From Candidatus Ozemobacteraceae bacterium (GTDB lineage Bacteria; Muiribacteriota; Ozemobacteria; Ozemobacterales; Ozemobacteraceae), in contig OZ223236.1 in NCBI GenBank assembly GCA_965140445.1, positions 3,744,001 through 3,808,000 on the forward strand: a stretch of DNA of 64,000 bases, given 5' to 3'. Within the stretch, counting starts at the first letter, position 1; the number at the start of each line of letters is the position of its first letter. The translations under genes were made by a program, and so were the position numbers. Shown piece by piece: positions 20,947 to 32,078 of this stretch. A model generated the notes under the pieces. That model was not told the DNA's origin, did not search any database, and saw only the letters and a program-made list of their open reading frames with translations.

Positions 20947-21253
20947 TTTTTCCCCGCATCTTGCAAATAAATGTGCATAACCTATATGCGTCCGAAGATC
21001 CCAGTTTATACATTTAAATATAGGATTCTTCAAAAGTTATTGTGCTCTTAACTTAACTTTTTATCAAGAGTGAAAAGAATAATACACTTTTAAATATCCA
21101 TTATTACTAAATCGCTAATATTAATGATGCATGGAATCATTTATTAACACGATGTGTTATACTTGAGATGTTGGAACTTTATGGTTCTGGTATTGGGACT
21201 CCTTGAACAACCAGCATCTGAAATTGCAATAATTGAGAAACTTAGGAGCCAAT

Positions 21254-21415
21254 ATGGAAGGCAAAACAGGAACCAGAGTAGTATTACCAGGAATTTACAA
21301 ATGCAAAGAGCACCCGGAAGCCAATAAGACTTTTACAAAGGGCGCAGTATTCACCCCTTGTTCAAGAGCAGGCAGTCATGGAACAACCTGGGTATTAGTA
21401 AGAAAAACCGGTTAA
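21254..21415 (+). CDS. Small YjzC-like/zinc-ribbon protein (53 aa)
   Basis: AGGAG RBS. TG..V..PGIYKC..H......KG..FTPC......TWVLV pattern. Confidence 0.7.
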   Translation: MEGKTGTRVVLPGIYKCKEHPEANKTFTKGAVFTPCSRAGSHGTTWVLVRKTG

Positions 21416-21438
21416 TTAATTAACCCGCATCTAATAAT

Positions 21439-21493
21439 AAAAACAGGCAAATATCATTGCAAAAAAACGTTTCAATGATGATGCCTGTTTTTT
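21439..21493. terminator. Bidirectional terminator
   Basis: AAAAACAGGCA...TGCCTGTTTTT with an inner ATCATTG/CAATGAT stem, between convergent genes. Confidence 0.6.
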
Positions 21494-21501
21494 GTTACCA
21501 C

Positions 21502-22170
21502 CTAGAAAGGCTGGGCTTTAACGTATAAATTCTTTTTTAAAGTTTCAACAAGGGGTCTTTTAATCGAAACATTTGCTGGCGGGCGAAGTATAAACGACAT
21601 ATTTAACATTGCCCCGGAAACCTCTTCATCAGAAGGATCTATTGCACCTTCAAGAACGTATTCATACCCTGTTTTTTTTGAGTAAACCACTGTTTTGGCT
21701 TCAACCTCTACCCTATCAACATCTGTTAGTTCAACAGATTGAGGCAATAGCTTATAATCTGGTGGATTCCCGGCAATTTTAGTTCGTGAATATGTTAATT
21801 TCCGGTTTTTAAGAATCAAAGAGCATAGAATCTGATATTCAATACTGCCATCATCGTTGAAATGATTTCTGGTAAATTCCAGAAGCTCTGGTCCCAGTCC
21901 GTTAGAATTGTAGCTTAGTGGGCAATCGTCTATGGTTGGCAATGGATCACCTGCAACAACCTGAATTCGCCTTGATGCCTCACCCAAATCATCTTTCAAA
22001 AGCTTGATAAGGTATTGTAACTTTCGGGAATGCTCCTGTTTCCAAGCCGAAATCATATAGACTCTACTACTGGAACTTTGCAGACGATAGATTACCAGCA
22101 TAACCAAAACCATCAGGCTAACCCCGATGAGTAACTCTACCACGGTAAAAGCTTTATTGTAACGTTTCAC
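21502..22170 (-). CDS. Prepilin-type N-terminal cleavage protein (PilW/PulJ-like minor pilin)
   Basis: MKRYNKA|FTVVELLIGVSLMVLVMLVIY class III signal with E5. Confidence 0.8.
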   Translation of the reverse strand: MKRYNKAFTVVELLIGVSLMVLVMLVIYRLQSSSSRVYMISAWKQEHSRKLQYLIKLLKDDLGEASRRIQVVAGDPLPTIDDCPLSYNSNGLGPELLEFTRNHFNDDGSIEYQILCSLILKNRKLTYSRTKIAGNPPDYKLLPQSVELTDVDRVEVEAKTVVYSKKTGYEYVLEGAIDPSDEEVSGAMLNMSFILRPPANVSIKRPLVETLKKNLYVKAQPF

Positions 22171-22715
22171 AATGAATACCTGTCGATCTGCACCAGCTCT
22201 TCATACTTTCTCATTGTATCTTTGTAACGAACATCTATTTTTATCCTTAAAAAGTCTCTTTCATATCCACCAACGCTTTTTTTAATTAGATTGCAGCCCC
22301 TGACCCATGCTGAATAATTATTTTTCCCAGAATCGGGCAAACTATCTATATAAACAGTCCCCAGGCCTTTTAAATCAGTATGTTCCAGTGGAATATTCAA
22401 GCTATCCAATTTGCAGAAATCCATATACCAGCTGTTAATAAATATGTCTGCCCCCTGCACTGCTTTTCCGGCAACAAGTTCTTTGTGATAAGCATCTGTC
22501 TTATAAAAGGCTGAGGGCAAAAGCTTCAATTTAAAGAGTAACAGTTGAGCAAGCCCCTTCGCTACCCAATCTGCCTTTCGATGCTGGTCAATCTGGGTTA
22601 GGCTTTTTTTCTGGCTGTTGTAACGCAAAAACAAAGTAGAACTTAATGACGCAAACAGCGCACCAAAAATAATCACCATAATCAAAGCTCCACCATTTTT
22701 ATTCAGTTTAATCAT
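22167..22715 (-). CDS. PilX/GspK-like minor pilin
   Basis: MIKLNKNG|GALIMVIIFGALFASL: class III-like signal lacking E5, as is typical of PilX/GspK. Overlaps the next gene. Confidence 0.65.
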   Translation of the reverse strand: MIKLNKNGGALIMVIIFGALFASLSSTLFLRYNSQKKSLTQIDQHRKADWVAKGLAQLLLFKLKLLPSAFYKTDAYHKELVAGKAVQGADIFINSWYMDFCKLDSLNIPLEHTDLKGLGTVYIDSLPDSGKNNYSAWVRGCNLIKKSVGGYERDFLRIKIDVRYKDTMRKYEELVQIDRYSL

Positions 22716-22716
22716 T

Positions 22717-23301
22717 TCAAGTTCCCAAATCTGCTATACAGGTAGATAGAATAAACTTTCTTTCTGATTTTCCTTGAATACATGTAACCGTAGCCCAAAT
22801 TGTAAAAATTTCTTCAGTGGTAGTGTATTTTGCAGTAAAGGTTGAAACACTGGCTCCAATGCCACCTTTGTAACCACATTTCCCATAATTAAAAATGGTG
22901 GAAACCCCATCTGCCTCACCCGCGATCCTTTTTAACTCCACCTTTATAAAATAATCAGCATTACTGCCCTGATGATTTAATTTAACTCCTTTGAAGGAAG
23001 GCTTTTCGGTTCCAACTGGCAAATCAAAAGTTCTGGAAACTGCTTCGCCGGGAAATTTAATATCCATCTTCACAACCTGATTTGAAGAAAAAGCATCAGA
23101 AAGAGTGGTAAATCTGGTCGTTTTTATTGTGTTTAATGCTGAATCTGCAAGGTTTAATGCAAAACCTTCATCCATTTGTCGATTAGTTAAGCCATAGGAT
23201 TTTATTAAAACATCAAGGGTTGGCAAAAGCGTTATCCCTGCTATCAGAATGGCTACAAGAATTTCAATAAGTGTAAATCCAGAATTACCCTGAGAAGCCA
23301 A
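22717..23301 (-). CDS. Prepilin-type N-terminal cleavage protein (PilV/PulI-like minor pilin)
   Basis: NSG|FTLIEILVAILIAGITLLP. Confidence 0.82.
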   Translation of the reverse strand: MASQGNSGFTLIEILVAILIAGITLLPTLDVLIKSYGLTNRQMDEGFALNLADSALNTIKTTRFTTLSDAFSSNQVVKMDIKFPGEAVSRTFDLPVGTEKPSFKGVKLNHQGSNADYFIKVELKRIAGEADGVSTIFNYGKCGYKGGIGASVSTFTAKYTTTEEIFTIWATVTCIQGKSERKFILSTCIADLGT

Positions 23302-23304
23302 TTT

Positions 23305-25728
23305 CTACCTCATATGCCTTTGTTCAAGCGTTCTTATTCGAGCTTTCTGATCCCTAATCTGAAAAAATAGACGTAGGGTTCGCGAATTACCCGCCACATC
23401 CTTTGCTATTACAGTTATAGAAGGATTATTATTGCTTAATGAAATTAGATCCGGAACTGAGCTACCATCGAACAGCTTCGAACTGGGATCACGGAAAACA
23501 ATTTTGTAAGGACCATGCAAACAGCTATTCCAGGCTTCAGTTGAAGAAATTGTCGGCTCAAATTCTGTGCTAGAACCGTTTTTACAACTAATCTTAAGCT
23601 CTTTTATCCCACTCCCCGGAGTGGAGTTGTAAGAATCTACAACAGCCTCAGGCATCCTTCCGCCCTCATTTGCAACATATCTTGAATTATCTTGAGTCCA
23701 GACACGTATCTCGTATTCCACATCTTCTTCAAGTGGAAAAACATTAAAAACATCCAGACTCTCGCCAAAGCCCAAGCGCTTTCTCAAAGAATCTGCATTG
23801 CTTACATCCTGATTTAATTTTCCTGTTGTTTTTACCGTATCGCTTTCACCATAGTCTTCAAGTGAAAAAAGCTTCCGGAAGAATGAATTTTTCTGATCTG
23901 CCCCAGAGGTTACCAACCCTTTAACAGTATTATCTGAACCAGCAAAAATTGCACTTCGGTTTTCTGAATCTCCTCCGGTTTCGCCCATTCTAATCTCGAT
24001 GGGCATAAAGTAAACCGAATCTGTGGCGATAAACTCCTGATAATCAAAAAGCAACCCGGCAGTAAAATCCTGAAATTCACTTTTATTCCACATCCAGGAT
24101 GGCACTGCTTTTTCAGGGGGTGGGAAACAAATATTATATTTTAAACTACTATCGCTTTTTGCCTTCTGCTTATCTTTCAGATTTACCACACTTATCATAA
24201 TGTTTGGACGGTCGTTGTCATAAAGTCTTATATAGCCCGTTTCTTGCGGTAAGTATGGACTTTCAACAGCTCTGTCTGTAGGAGGCAAATCTCCTGGAGC
24301 CATAAATGGAAACGGTTTGGCGGTAGGAGGATCAGTTAAAAGATCATCTCCGTATTTATAATTATGCCTTTTTCCAGATCCTGGTGCACAGACTCCGTAG
24401 CAATTCCATGGCTCATTATCTGCTACAAAGGAATCACTGGGATTCAGATTGTTTGAGCCATCCCATGCGTAGATTGAATATTCCATCGTTCCATGAAAGT
24501 GAGACGGCAATTGAATAGGATTTGGTGCAAGTCCTCTGCCAGACTTAGAAACATAGGTTTCATTTGCGAACTTACTAAATCGAAACTTCCCGTCACTGGA
24601 ATTTTTTGCATCAAAGGTCCACGAAGCTGGCGCCAGTGCTATATTACAAGCAATACTATTGGCCCAAATGTTTTCATCGTAAAACTTAAGAGATAATCTG
24701 CGAAAATCTCCTGTTGTGTTTCTAATTACTGAAACTCCATCCGTAGCATCTGCTGTTGGTAAATAACCATCTGTTGACTGAGTGTAGGTAGTAAAATCCC
24801 TTATCTCCGGTGGAGTTCTATCGAGCCAATGTATCTGACCACCATTAGCTATATAATTGCTTGCGACGATTTCTTTATTCGCATCCCAACTTTTTCCCGA
24901 ATGCATTATTGAGGTGGGTGAAAAAGAAACAAGGTATTCAACACGGGTGTTACTTCTGTTATGGCAACAGTATGTTCTGGTGTATGTGCTTCCATCAGAA
25001 CGATGATATGTCCTGGTGTAACTATCACCATCACAAACGCATCTATGGCAATTAAAACTTGATTTACTACTTTCAACAAGATTCTGCCACTCTGATCCGG
25101 TAGTATACCACCAATCACTTCCAGAACCTAAATGAACGCTATAAACCTGCATCCCCGGATGGTCTGAAGTTGGCTCCAATTTGTATTCGGCACCAGCTCT
25201 TTCGATTCCCATGTAAGAATACATACAAAATGCAGTATCGCTATGACTATGTCCAACTCTGCCGCATCCAGAACAAGGCCAATTGTACAATGAATTCCAA
25301 TCAGATTGGGAGCCGGAAAAATCAGCTGGCATCGCAGGTGGCTTTGAATGAATCCCATCACAAATTTCTATAAAAGACCCATCTCCCGGGTCCTTAAAAA
25401 TATAGATTATTTGATTGCTGGAATATTTTTTCTTGAGACTATTTAACTGGGATTCGGTTAAATGACTTTTTGAGACATGAGCAGCAAAACTGCTATATGA
25501 AACGACTTTTGCACCAGAAAGGAATAATTTCATAGGTATTTTTTCCACGTCCTCAAAAGTATCAATTCTCCAAGGTTGAGGAGTTTGGGAAAAATGACCA
25601 TTAAAATCAAAATATAAATGATTAAAAATCAGATTCTCAAGTGCTTTCTCGCTAGAAATGGCAGAAAAAGCTGCAATAGTATGAGAAAAAAGAAAAAACA
25701 AAACGAGATAAGCTGTGACTCTTTTCAA
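23305..25728 (-). CDS. Large secreted protein with Cys/His-rich region and Ig-like signatures (possible pilus tip adhesin)
   Basis: Signal peptide. CSGC..GHSH, CHRCVC, YCCH. DRTPPEI, DNDRPNI and AKDVAGN Ig-like motifs. First gene of the pilin operon. Confidence 0.6.
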   Translation of the reverse strand: MKRVTAYLVLFFLFSHTIAAFSAISSEKALENLIFNHLYFDFNGHFSQTPQPWRIDTFEDVEKIPMKLFLSGAKVVSYSSFAAHVSKSHLTESQLNSLKKKYSSNQIIYIFKDPGDGSFIEICDGIHSKPPAMPADFSGSQSDWNSLYNWPCSGCGRVGHSHSDTAFCMYSYMGIERAGAEYKLEPTSDHPGMQVYSVHLGSGSDWWYTTGSEWQNLVESSKSSFNCHRCVCDGDSYTRTYHRSDGSTYTRTYCCHNRSNTRVEYLVSFSPTSIMHSGKSWDANKEIVASNYIANGGQIHWLDRTPPEIRDFTTYTQSTDGYLPTADATDGVSVIRNTTGDFRRLSLKFYDENIWANSIACNIALAPASWTFDAKNSSDGKFRFSKFANETYVSKSGRGLAPNPIQLPSHFHGTMEYSIYAWDGSNNLNPSDSFVADNEPWNCYGVCAPGSGKRHNYKYGDDLLTDPPTAKPFPFMAPGDLPPTDRAVESPYLPQETGYIRLYDNDRPNIMISVVNLKDKQKAKSDSSLKYNICFPPPEKAVPSWMWNKSEFQDFTAGLLFDYQEFIATDSVYFMPIEIRMGETGGDSENRSAIFAGSDNTVKGLVTSGADQKNSFFRKLFSLEDYGESDTVKTTGKLNQDVSNADSLRKRLGFGESLDVFNVFPLEEDVEYEIRVWTQDNSRYVANEGGRMPEAVVDSYNSTPGSGIKELKISCKNGSSTEFEPTISSTEAWNSCLHGPYKIVFRDPSSKLFDGSSVPDLISLSNNNPSITVIAKDVAGNSRTLRLFFQIRDQKARIRTLEQRHMR

Positions 25729-25808
25729 TTTAATTACTCCCGCTTCTTATAATGGCGATGCATACGAGAATAAAATTGAAAAAGTAACGCCGATTTAAAA
25801 CTGTTAGA

Positions 25809-27206
25809 TTATTTTACTATTTTTCCTGGATTCAAAATATTTTTTGGATCAAAAACCATTTTAATCTGCTTCATAAGTTGAAGCTGTACCATTCCAGAAA
25901 CAGTCTCCAGATATGGTTTCTTTGCAAATCCAATCCCATGCTCACCTGAGACCTGCCCACCCATCTCTTTTGCTTTAGCATAAAATCTATCAAAAGCTTT
26001 GTTTAAGCGGTCTATAAAAACAGGCTTGGAAAGATCGTCCCTGAGCATGTAAACATGAAGATTCCCATCCCCGGCATGACCAAAACTTCTGATTCTTATC
26101 TGTTCTTCCGCCTCAACAATCTTTGTGAATTTAACAAAGTCAGCAACTTTATTGCGCGGAACAACCACGTCACATTCATCCATTTCTGTTGTAGAAGCCT
26201 TTATTGCTTCGAGAAAAGCTCCTCTGGCCGACCATATCATTTCCTGACGCTCCTGAGTGTCAGAAATAAGAATATCCAGCGCTCCCTTTTCTAAACAGAT
26301 TTCTGCAACCTTTTCGTAAGCTTTTTCGATTTCTTCTCTGGACTGTCCATCAAAGGTTAAGAGCAAGTAGGCATCTGAAGAAGAATCGGGAAACTTCTTC
26401 CCCAAAAAGTCTTCGGAATTTTCTATTACAGCTCTCTCCATATACTCAATTGCAGTTGGAATAACCTTCGATTGAATTATCAACGGAACAGTTTCGATTG
26501 CTTTGCCAAGATCGGGAAACGGAATCAATAGACTAATTGCTTTTCCGGGACGAGGAAGAAGGCGCAAGACTGCCTTGGTGACAATACCCAATGTTCCTTC
26601 GGAGCCCACGATTAAATCCTTTAAACTGTAGCCGGAACTATTCTTCACGACTTTCCCACCAAACCAGGTTACTTCACCTGTGGGCAAAACAACCTCCAGT
26701 CCTCTAACGTAATCTCTGGTAACTCCATATTTAACTGCACGCATTCCGCCAGCATTAGTATTTATATTCCCGCCGATTGAAGCACTTTTTTCTCCGGGAT
26801 CAGGAGGATAAAATAAGTCATGGCTTTCAACAAATGCTGAAATTTCCATTAAAAGAACGCCCGGTTCTACTGTTAAAGTCAGGTTTTCCTGATCCAGCTC
26901 AATAATACTATTCATTCTGGCCGTGCTAAGCATTATTCCGCCGTGAACTGCGACCGAACCACCGACAAGTCCCGTGCCCTGTCCTCTGGGAGTAACAGGA
27001 ATAGAATGTTGATTCGCGTATTTCAGAATATTCGATACTTCTTCGGTGCTGCCAGGGAAAACAAGTAATTCTGGATAGCTTTTTAAATCACCCAACTCAT
27101 CATGGCTAAAATCCTCATGAATATTGCTGCCATCCATAACGTTTTCTGCACCGCAAATTGATTTTAAATAATCAATATCTTCTCTTGTTACTTTTTTATA
27201 ATTCAT
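25809..27206 (-). CDS. FAD-linked 2-hydroxyacid dehydrogenase (GlcD/LctD-like)
   Basis: [59 protein letters not shown]. Confidence 0.9.
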   Translation of the reverse strand: MNYKKVTREDIDYLKSICGAENVMDGSNIHEDFSHDELGDLKSYPELLVFPGSTEEVSNILKYANQHSIPVTPRGQGTGLVGGSVAVHGGIMLSTARMNSIIELDQENLTLTVEPGVLLMEISAFVESHDLFYPPDPGEKSASIGGNINTNAGGMRAVKYGVTRDYVRGLEVVLPTGEVTWFGGKVVKNSSGYSLKDLIVGSEGTLGIVTKAVLRLLPRPGKAISLLIPFPDLGKAIETVPLIIQSKVIPTAIEYMERAVIENSEDFLGKKFPDSSSDAYLLLTFDGQSREEIEKAYEKVAEICLEKGALDILISDTQERQEMIWSARGAFLEAIKASTTEMDECDVVVPRNKVADFVKFTKIVEAEEQIRIRSFGHAGDGNLHVYMLRDDLSKPVFIDRLNKAFDRFYAKAKEMGGQVSGEHGIGFAKKPYLETVSGMVQLQLMKQIKMVFDPKNILNPGKIVK

Positions 27207-28393
27207 ATTCGCAGTCCATTTTTTTCAATCTTTTTAATAAGCGCAGGAACTACTTCGTAAATATCTCCTACCACAGAAAAATGTGCTACTTCAAAAATAG
27301 GGGCATTTGGATCACTATTAATTGCAATTATATTATCTGCGCCTTGCATTCCGGCTGAAAATTGAACTGAGCCAGAAACTCCGCAGGTTATTATAAGCTT
27401 TGGTTTAACCGTTCTACCACTAAGCCCGATTTGAGATCGGGAGTCAAACCATCCCTGCTCGATTAGTGGGCGGGTTCCTGCAACCATTGCCCCAAGCGAA
27501 TCTGCCAAAGTATAAATCATGTTCAGGTCAGCTTTTTTCTTTAAACCCTTTCCCACAACAACAATTGTTTCAGCATCTTCGATAGATTTAACCTTCTCTT
27601 TAGGCTTAACTTCAAGAACTTCGATTGCAGACTCAAGCTTAGAAGGCTCTAATGAGCACAATTCAATTCTTCCTTCTGGTTTGCATTTTTCTGGAGGATT
27701 AAAAATTTTGTAGCGAACTGTAGCAAATTGTGGCCTGTGATTGGGGGTGTGGATGTGAGCCATAATATTGCCACCATAAGCAGGCCTAATCTGGTCAATG
27801 TCCGTATTTTCAGCCACATCCAGCAGAGTACAATCAGCCGTCAGACCAGTTCTGAATCTTGCCGCAAGACGGGGAGCGAGAGATCTTCCTATTGGGGTAC
27901 CTCCAACGAGAATACTGGACGGTTTAATCTTGTTAATAAAATCCTCAAATGCAGCTGAATAAGGCTCAATTCTAAAATACTTAAGCTCTGGATAGTCATA
28001 AAAAAGAATTCTATCGACCCCATACTCAAGAAGCTCTTGAGCAACAGAAAGAAGATTTTGCCCTATTAACAAACAATAGACAGGTTGAGAAATTTTTCCT
28101 GCCAACTCTTTCGCTTTGCCGATAAGCTCAAGAGAGACGGGATGTATCTTACCTTCGGTTTGTTCTACATAAATCGCGATACCCTTCCATAGACTTTTAT
28201 CCACAGAGTTTAAAACAGCCTCATCTATCCATTGAAAAACATCCGGGCGTTTTATTACACAAGCTTTGCACATGCGGCAACCAGAATCAATTTCCAGCTT
28301 CCCGTCCACACAAACAATAGAGTTAAATGGACAAATTTCAGCCAGCTTTTTGGGGTCTTCTCCTGGAACAGGCATAATCTTTATCATACTCAT
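27203..28393 (-). CDS. etfA: Electron transfer flavoprotein alpha subunit with N-terminal ferredoxin-like domain (LctC-like)
   Basis: ICPF..CRMCKAC at the N-terminus. [34 protein letters not shown]. Confidence 0.92.
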   Translation of the reverse strand: MSMIKIMPVPGEDPKKLAEICPFNSIVCVDGKLEIDSGCRMCKACVIKRPDVFQWIDEAVLNSVDKSLWKGIAIYVEQTEGKIHPVSLELIGKAKELAGKISQPVYCLLIGQNLLSVAQELLEYGVDRILFYDYPELKYFRIEPYSAAFEDFINKIKPSSILVGGTPIGRSLAPRLAARFRTGLTADCTLLDVAENTDIDQIRPAYGGNIMAHIHTPNHRPQFATVRYKIFNPPEKCKPEGRIELCSLEPSKLESAIEVLEVKPKEKVKSIEDAETIVVVGKGLKKKADLNMIYTLADSLGAMVAGTRPLIEQGWFDSRSQIGLSGRTVKPKLIITCGVSGSVQFSAGMQGADNIIAINSDPNAPIFEVAHFSVVGDIYEVVPALIKKIEKNGLRI

Positions 28394-29178
28394 AAAAACT
28401 TGAGCTCCAGCAATTTGTCATAAATCTTTTCAGACAACTCTTCAGAACTGCCTTTCCAAATCTGTTTTCTTAAATTAGTTTCAGGAGGAAAAACTTTTAA
28501 GACCTGAGTTGGTGATCCTTTTAGCCCATATTTTTCTGGTTCAGAATCTGGAAGATCTGCTAGTCCAAGTCTCTTTACCTTTTTGTCTTTTGCTGCCAAT
28601 TTCCGTTTGAAAGAAGGTAGCCGAGGCTGGAAAATCCCTTTTTCAACAGTAATTAAGCACGGGAAACCAACCTTTACTATCTCAACAGTTTCTGGCATGT
28701 CCATTTCAAGAACTAATTCCGCTTCATTTGCATCAATTATTCTTCGAACATTTGCCACATGGGGAATTCCAAGAAATTCAGCAATCTCAGGGCCGACCTG
28801 ACCAGTGTCTCCATCGGTTGTTTGTCTTCCACAAATTATTAGATCCGGGAGGCCTAAAGAAACAATTCCCTGAGACAGTGCATAAGAAGTCGCTAGAACA
28901 TCTGCTCCAGCAAAGCTTTTATCGCTTAATAAAACGCCATCATCTGCTCCAAGCATGAATGTTTCACGCAAGGCAATTTCTGTTTGCGGTGGTCCCATGC
29001 TGATAGCACACACCTTTGCATCTAGTGATTCTTTAAGTCTTACAGCTGTTTCCAGGGCATAAAGATCGTAGGGATTAATTTTAGAATCAACCCCTGCTCG
29101 CTTAAGAGTCTTGGTTTCTGGATCAATGTCAACTTCTGTGCTATCCGGAACTTGTTTTATGCAAACAAATATATTCAT
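28390..29178 (-). CDS. etfB: Electron transfer flavoprotein beta subunit (LctB-like)
   Basis: MNIFVCIKQVPD, INPYDLYALE, SMGPP, FAGADVLAT, GRQTTDGDTGQVG. ATG at 29178. Confidence 0.93.
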   Translation of the reverse strand: MNIFVCIKQVPDSTEVDIDPETKTLKRAGVDSKINPYDLYALETAVRLKESLDAKVCAISMGPPQTEIALRETFMLGADDGVLLSDKSFAGADVLATSYALSQGIVSLGLPDLIICGRQTTDGDTGQVGPEIAEFLGIPHVANVRRIIDANEAELVLEMDMPETVEIVKVGFPCLITVEKGIFQPRLPSFKRKLAAKDKKVKRLGLADLPDSEPEKYGLKGSPTQVLKVFPPETNLRKQIWKGSSEELSEKIYDKLLELKFL

Positions 29179-29262
29179 ACAGATATTGTAATGCATTCCG
29201 GATCAAAATTTCATTAGAATTGAAAATTAAATTTCTTCTTTTTAATATATTAAAATAATAAA

Positions 29263-29297
29263 AAAAAGCCGGCTACTTAAAGTTAAGCCGGCTTTTT
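29263..29297 (-). terminator. Intrinsic terminator of fusA
   Basis: AAAAAGCCGGCT...AGCCGGCTTTTT with a long T tract on the minus strand. Confidence 0.8.
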
Positions 29298-29309
29298 CAA
29301 ATTCAATTC

Positions 29310-31397
29310 TTATTTTTCTTTTAGAGGTTTAAGGATTTTTTCTGCAATACTTGGTGGAACTTCAATATAGTGAAGAACTTCCATAGAGAAACTGGCGCGT
29401 CCCTGAGAAAGAGATCTCAGATGCGTAGAATAGTTAAACATTTCAGCCAAAGGAACATGGCACTCAAGAGTTCGCATATCATCACGAATTTCCATATTTA
29501 CCACTTTCCCACGTCTGGAGTTAATGTTTCCAATAATGTCGCCCAGATACTGCTCAGGAGTTTCAACTTCAACCTTTGTATATGGTTCAAATAGCGCCGG
29601 AGAAGCTTTTGCCATTCCAAGTTTCATAGCTTCAATAGCTGCAACCTTGAAAGCAACAATACTACTGTCAACTTCATGGTAGGATCCATCAAGCAAAGTT
29701 ACCTTAACATCAGAAACAGGCTTCTTGGCCAGAGGGCCTTCAGTTAAAGCTTCACGAATTCCCATTTCAATTGCCGGGAAGTAAGTTGAAGGAACCGTTC
29801 CACCCTTAATCTGAGTTTCAAACACAAACCCGCCACCACGTGGTAAAGGTTCAATATCCATAATAACGTGACCATACTGACCACGACCACCAGATTGCTT
29901 GGCACATTTGCCTTCTGTTGAAACTTTTTTACGTAGTCCTTCACGATACGCAACCTGTGGAGCGCCAACTGTTGCCTGAACATTAAATTCACGCAAAATT
30001 CTATCTACAATAATTTCAAGGTGAAGCTCACCCATACCGGCAATAATAGTTTCGCCAGTTTCTTGATCCATTGAGGATTTAAAAGTAGGATCTTCATCCA
30101 TAAGTGTATGAAGCACTGTACTCAATTTCGCCAGATCAGCCTTTGTTTTTGGCTCAATTGCAACAGAAATAACTGTTTCAGGGAAAGTAATTTTTTCAAG
30201 AATAGGTGAATCTTTTTCTGCAGCAAGAGTATCTCCGGTTCCGATTCTTTTCAAACCAACAATAGCTACAATATCCCCGGCCTGAACAGATTCCAGATCT
30301 TGTCGCTGATTAGCATGCATCTGCAGAATTCTACCAACGCGTTCTCTCTGGCCCCTGGTTACGTTATAAATCTGATCACCAACGTTAAGAGTTCCAGAAT
30401 AAACACGCATATAAACTAGCTTTCCGATATGAGGCATAGAAGCGACTTTAAATGCCATTGCCGAAAACGGAAGGTTTGGATCAGCTGGAATCTCAATCTG
30501 CTCAAGAGTTTCCTGATCAAATGCAATAGATGGCGGAATATCAAGTGGAGAAGGCAGATAATGAACGATAGCATCCAGCAATGCCTGTACACCTTTGTTT
30601 TTGAACGCAGAACCACTGATAACAGGAACAACCTGATTGTCTATAGTAGCCTGGCGTATTGCCTTCTGAATGAGATCGTATTCGATTGGTTCTTCAGCAA
30701 GGTATTTCTCAAGAATTTCATCGTTACAATTGGCCAAAGTATCAATTAAAACGGTTCTTGCAGCATTTGCCTCTTCAAGAAGTTCTGCCGGAATTTCACC
30801 CGACTCAATCATTTTGCCTGCTGGAAAACCTTCAGAAACAATCCATGTTCTGGTGGTCATTGTTACCAGGTCTACGTGCCCAATGTAACTTTCTTCTGAG
30901 CCAATTGGCATGGTCAAAACAAGCGGCGTGGAGTTAAGGCGTTCTTTAACCTGAGTTACAACCCTGTCAAAATTAGCCCCAACCCTGTCCATTTTGTTTA
31001 CAAATGCAATTCTAGGAACATTATATTTATTAGCCTGTCTCCAAACTGTTTCGGACTGTGGTTGAACACCTGCGACCGCACAAAAAAGAACGGCACATCC
31101 ATCCAAAACCCTGAGAGATCTTTCTACTTCAGCAGTAAAATCAACGTGACCAGGAGTATCAATAATATTAATGTCTGCGTCAAGCCACTGGCACTTTGTT
31201 GCAGCGCTGGTAATGGTAATACCACGCTCCTGCTCCTGAACCATCCAGTCCATAGTTGCAGTTCCCTCATGGGTTTCACCAATTTTATAGTTCCTGCCGG
31301 TAAAATAAAGAATTCTTTCAGTTGTAGTGGTTTTGCCGGCGTCAATGTGAGCAATAATGCCAATGTTTCTGACTCGCTGCATGTTTTCCTGTTGCAT
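29310..31397 (-). CDS. fusA: Elongation factor G (stand-alone copy)
   Basis: [56 protein letters not shown]. Confidence 0.96.
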   Translation of the reverse strand: MQQENMQRVRNIGIIAHIDAGKTTTTERILYFTGRNYKIGETHEGTATMDWMVQEQERGITITSAATKCQWLDADINIIDTPGHVDFTAEVERSLRVLDGCAVLFCAVAGVQPQSETVWRQANKYNVPRIAFVNKMDRVGANFDRVVTQVKERLNSTPLVLTMPIGSEESYIGHVDLVTMTTRTWIVSEGFPAGKMIESGEIPAELLEEANAARTVLIDTLANCNDEILEKYLAEEPIEYDLIQKAIRQATIDNQVVPVISGSAFKNKGVQALLDAIVHYLPSPLDIPPSIAFDQETLEQIEIPADPNLPFSAMAFKVASMPHIGKLVYMRVYSGTLNVGDQIYNVTRGQRERVGRILQMHANQRQDLESVQAGDIVAIVGLKRIGTGDTLAAEKDSPILEKITFPETVISVAIEPKTKADLAKLSTVLHTLMDEDPTFKSSMDQETGETIIAGMGELHLEIIVDRILREFNVQATVGAPQVAYREGLRKKVSTEGKCAKQSGGRGQYGHVIMDIEPLPRGGGFVFETQIKGGTVPSTYFPAIEMGIREALTEGPLAKKPVSDVKVTLLDGSYHEVDSSIVAFKVAAIEAMKLGMAKASPALFEPYTKVEVETPEQYLGDIIGNINSRRGKVVNMEIRDDMRTLECHVPLAEMFNYSTHLRSLSQGRASFSMEVLHYIEVPPSIAEKILKPLKEK

Positions 31398-31522
31398 TGT
31401 AAAAGTGTGTCCTTTGTGTGATTAAGTGCATTGCGAGGAGTGGTCGTAAAACCCTGACGAAACCTTGAATTGCAATTCGCAGTTTATTTAAAGATTAGTA
31501 CGCTCCTGAAGGCGAAGCCAGT

Positions 31523-31551
31523 AGTTTAAACTAATACAGGCTTTCAGTCAA
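31523..31551 (-). promoter_or_regulatory. Sigma70 promoter of fusA
   Basis: Minus strand TTGACT-N17-TAAACT, giving a ~120-nt 5' UTR. Confidence 0.65.
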
Positions 31552-31577
31552 GCAAAGATTGCTGCAATGTAAAAAAA

Positions 31578-32078
31578 TCAGCTATCTTTTAATTCTGTGC
31601 TCAATGAAGCATCTCTAAGAGCTACCCTTGAAGCCTTATCAACTAAGGAAAACAACTGGTCCAGCAGATCCTTTTCTCCTGAATTCTTGTGCCCTTTAAG
31701 TTTAACCAGCTGCAAGTCCAGTTCATCTAAAATTTTATAAAATTTCAAATATAGATCTTTATTTTTTAACGGTATGCCCTTTTTGTTTGAAAAATTACAG
31801 CCTTCCATTCTTTTACGCCTGCCAGGCAAACCAACAATGTTCTGAGAATCAGTATAAATTATGAGTTTACTATTGGAAAAATCGTTCTCTGCCAGCGCCC
31901 AAAGCAAAGTCTGCAATTCAAGTCTGGTTGATGAAGTATTACTAAAATGCCTTACCTTAACCAGTTCTTTCGCAACTCCAATATCAATGTGCGTTGATTC
32001 AAGCTTTAAATATGCTCCAAAACCGACCTTAGCTATTGGATCAACACTTACGTCAGAAAAAAGGATTGTTTCTTTCAT
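31578..32078 (-). CDS. Ribonuclease H (RNase HI family)
   Basis: LFSDVS, STRLELQTLLWAL, IYTDSQN, KLKGH, VDKASR acidic catalytic pattern. Confidence 0.8.
   Translation of the reverse strand: MKETILFSDVSVDPIAKVGFGAYLKLESTHIDIGVAKELVKVRHFSNTSSTRLELQTLLWALAENDFSNSKLIIYTDSQNIVGLPGRRKRMEGCNFSNKKGIPLKNKDLYLKFYKILDELDLQLVKLKGHKNSGEKDLLDQLFSLVDKASRVALRDASLSTELKDS

Noticed and set aside
23305..25728. Multiheme cytochrome interpretation of the Cys/His-rich protein
   Set aside because: No CxxCH motifs are present.
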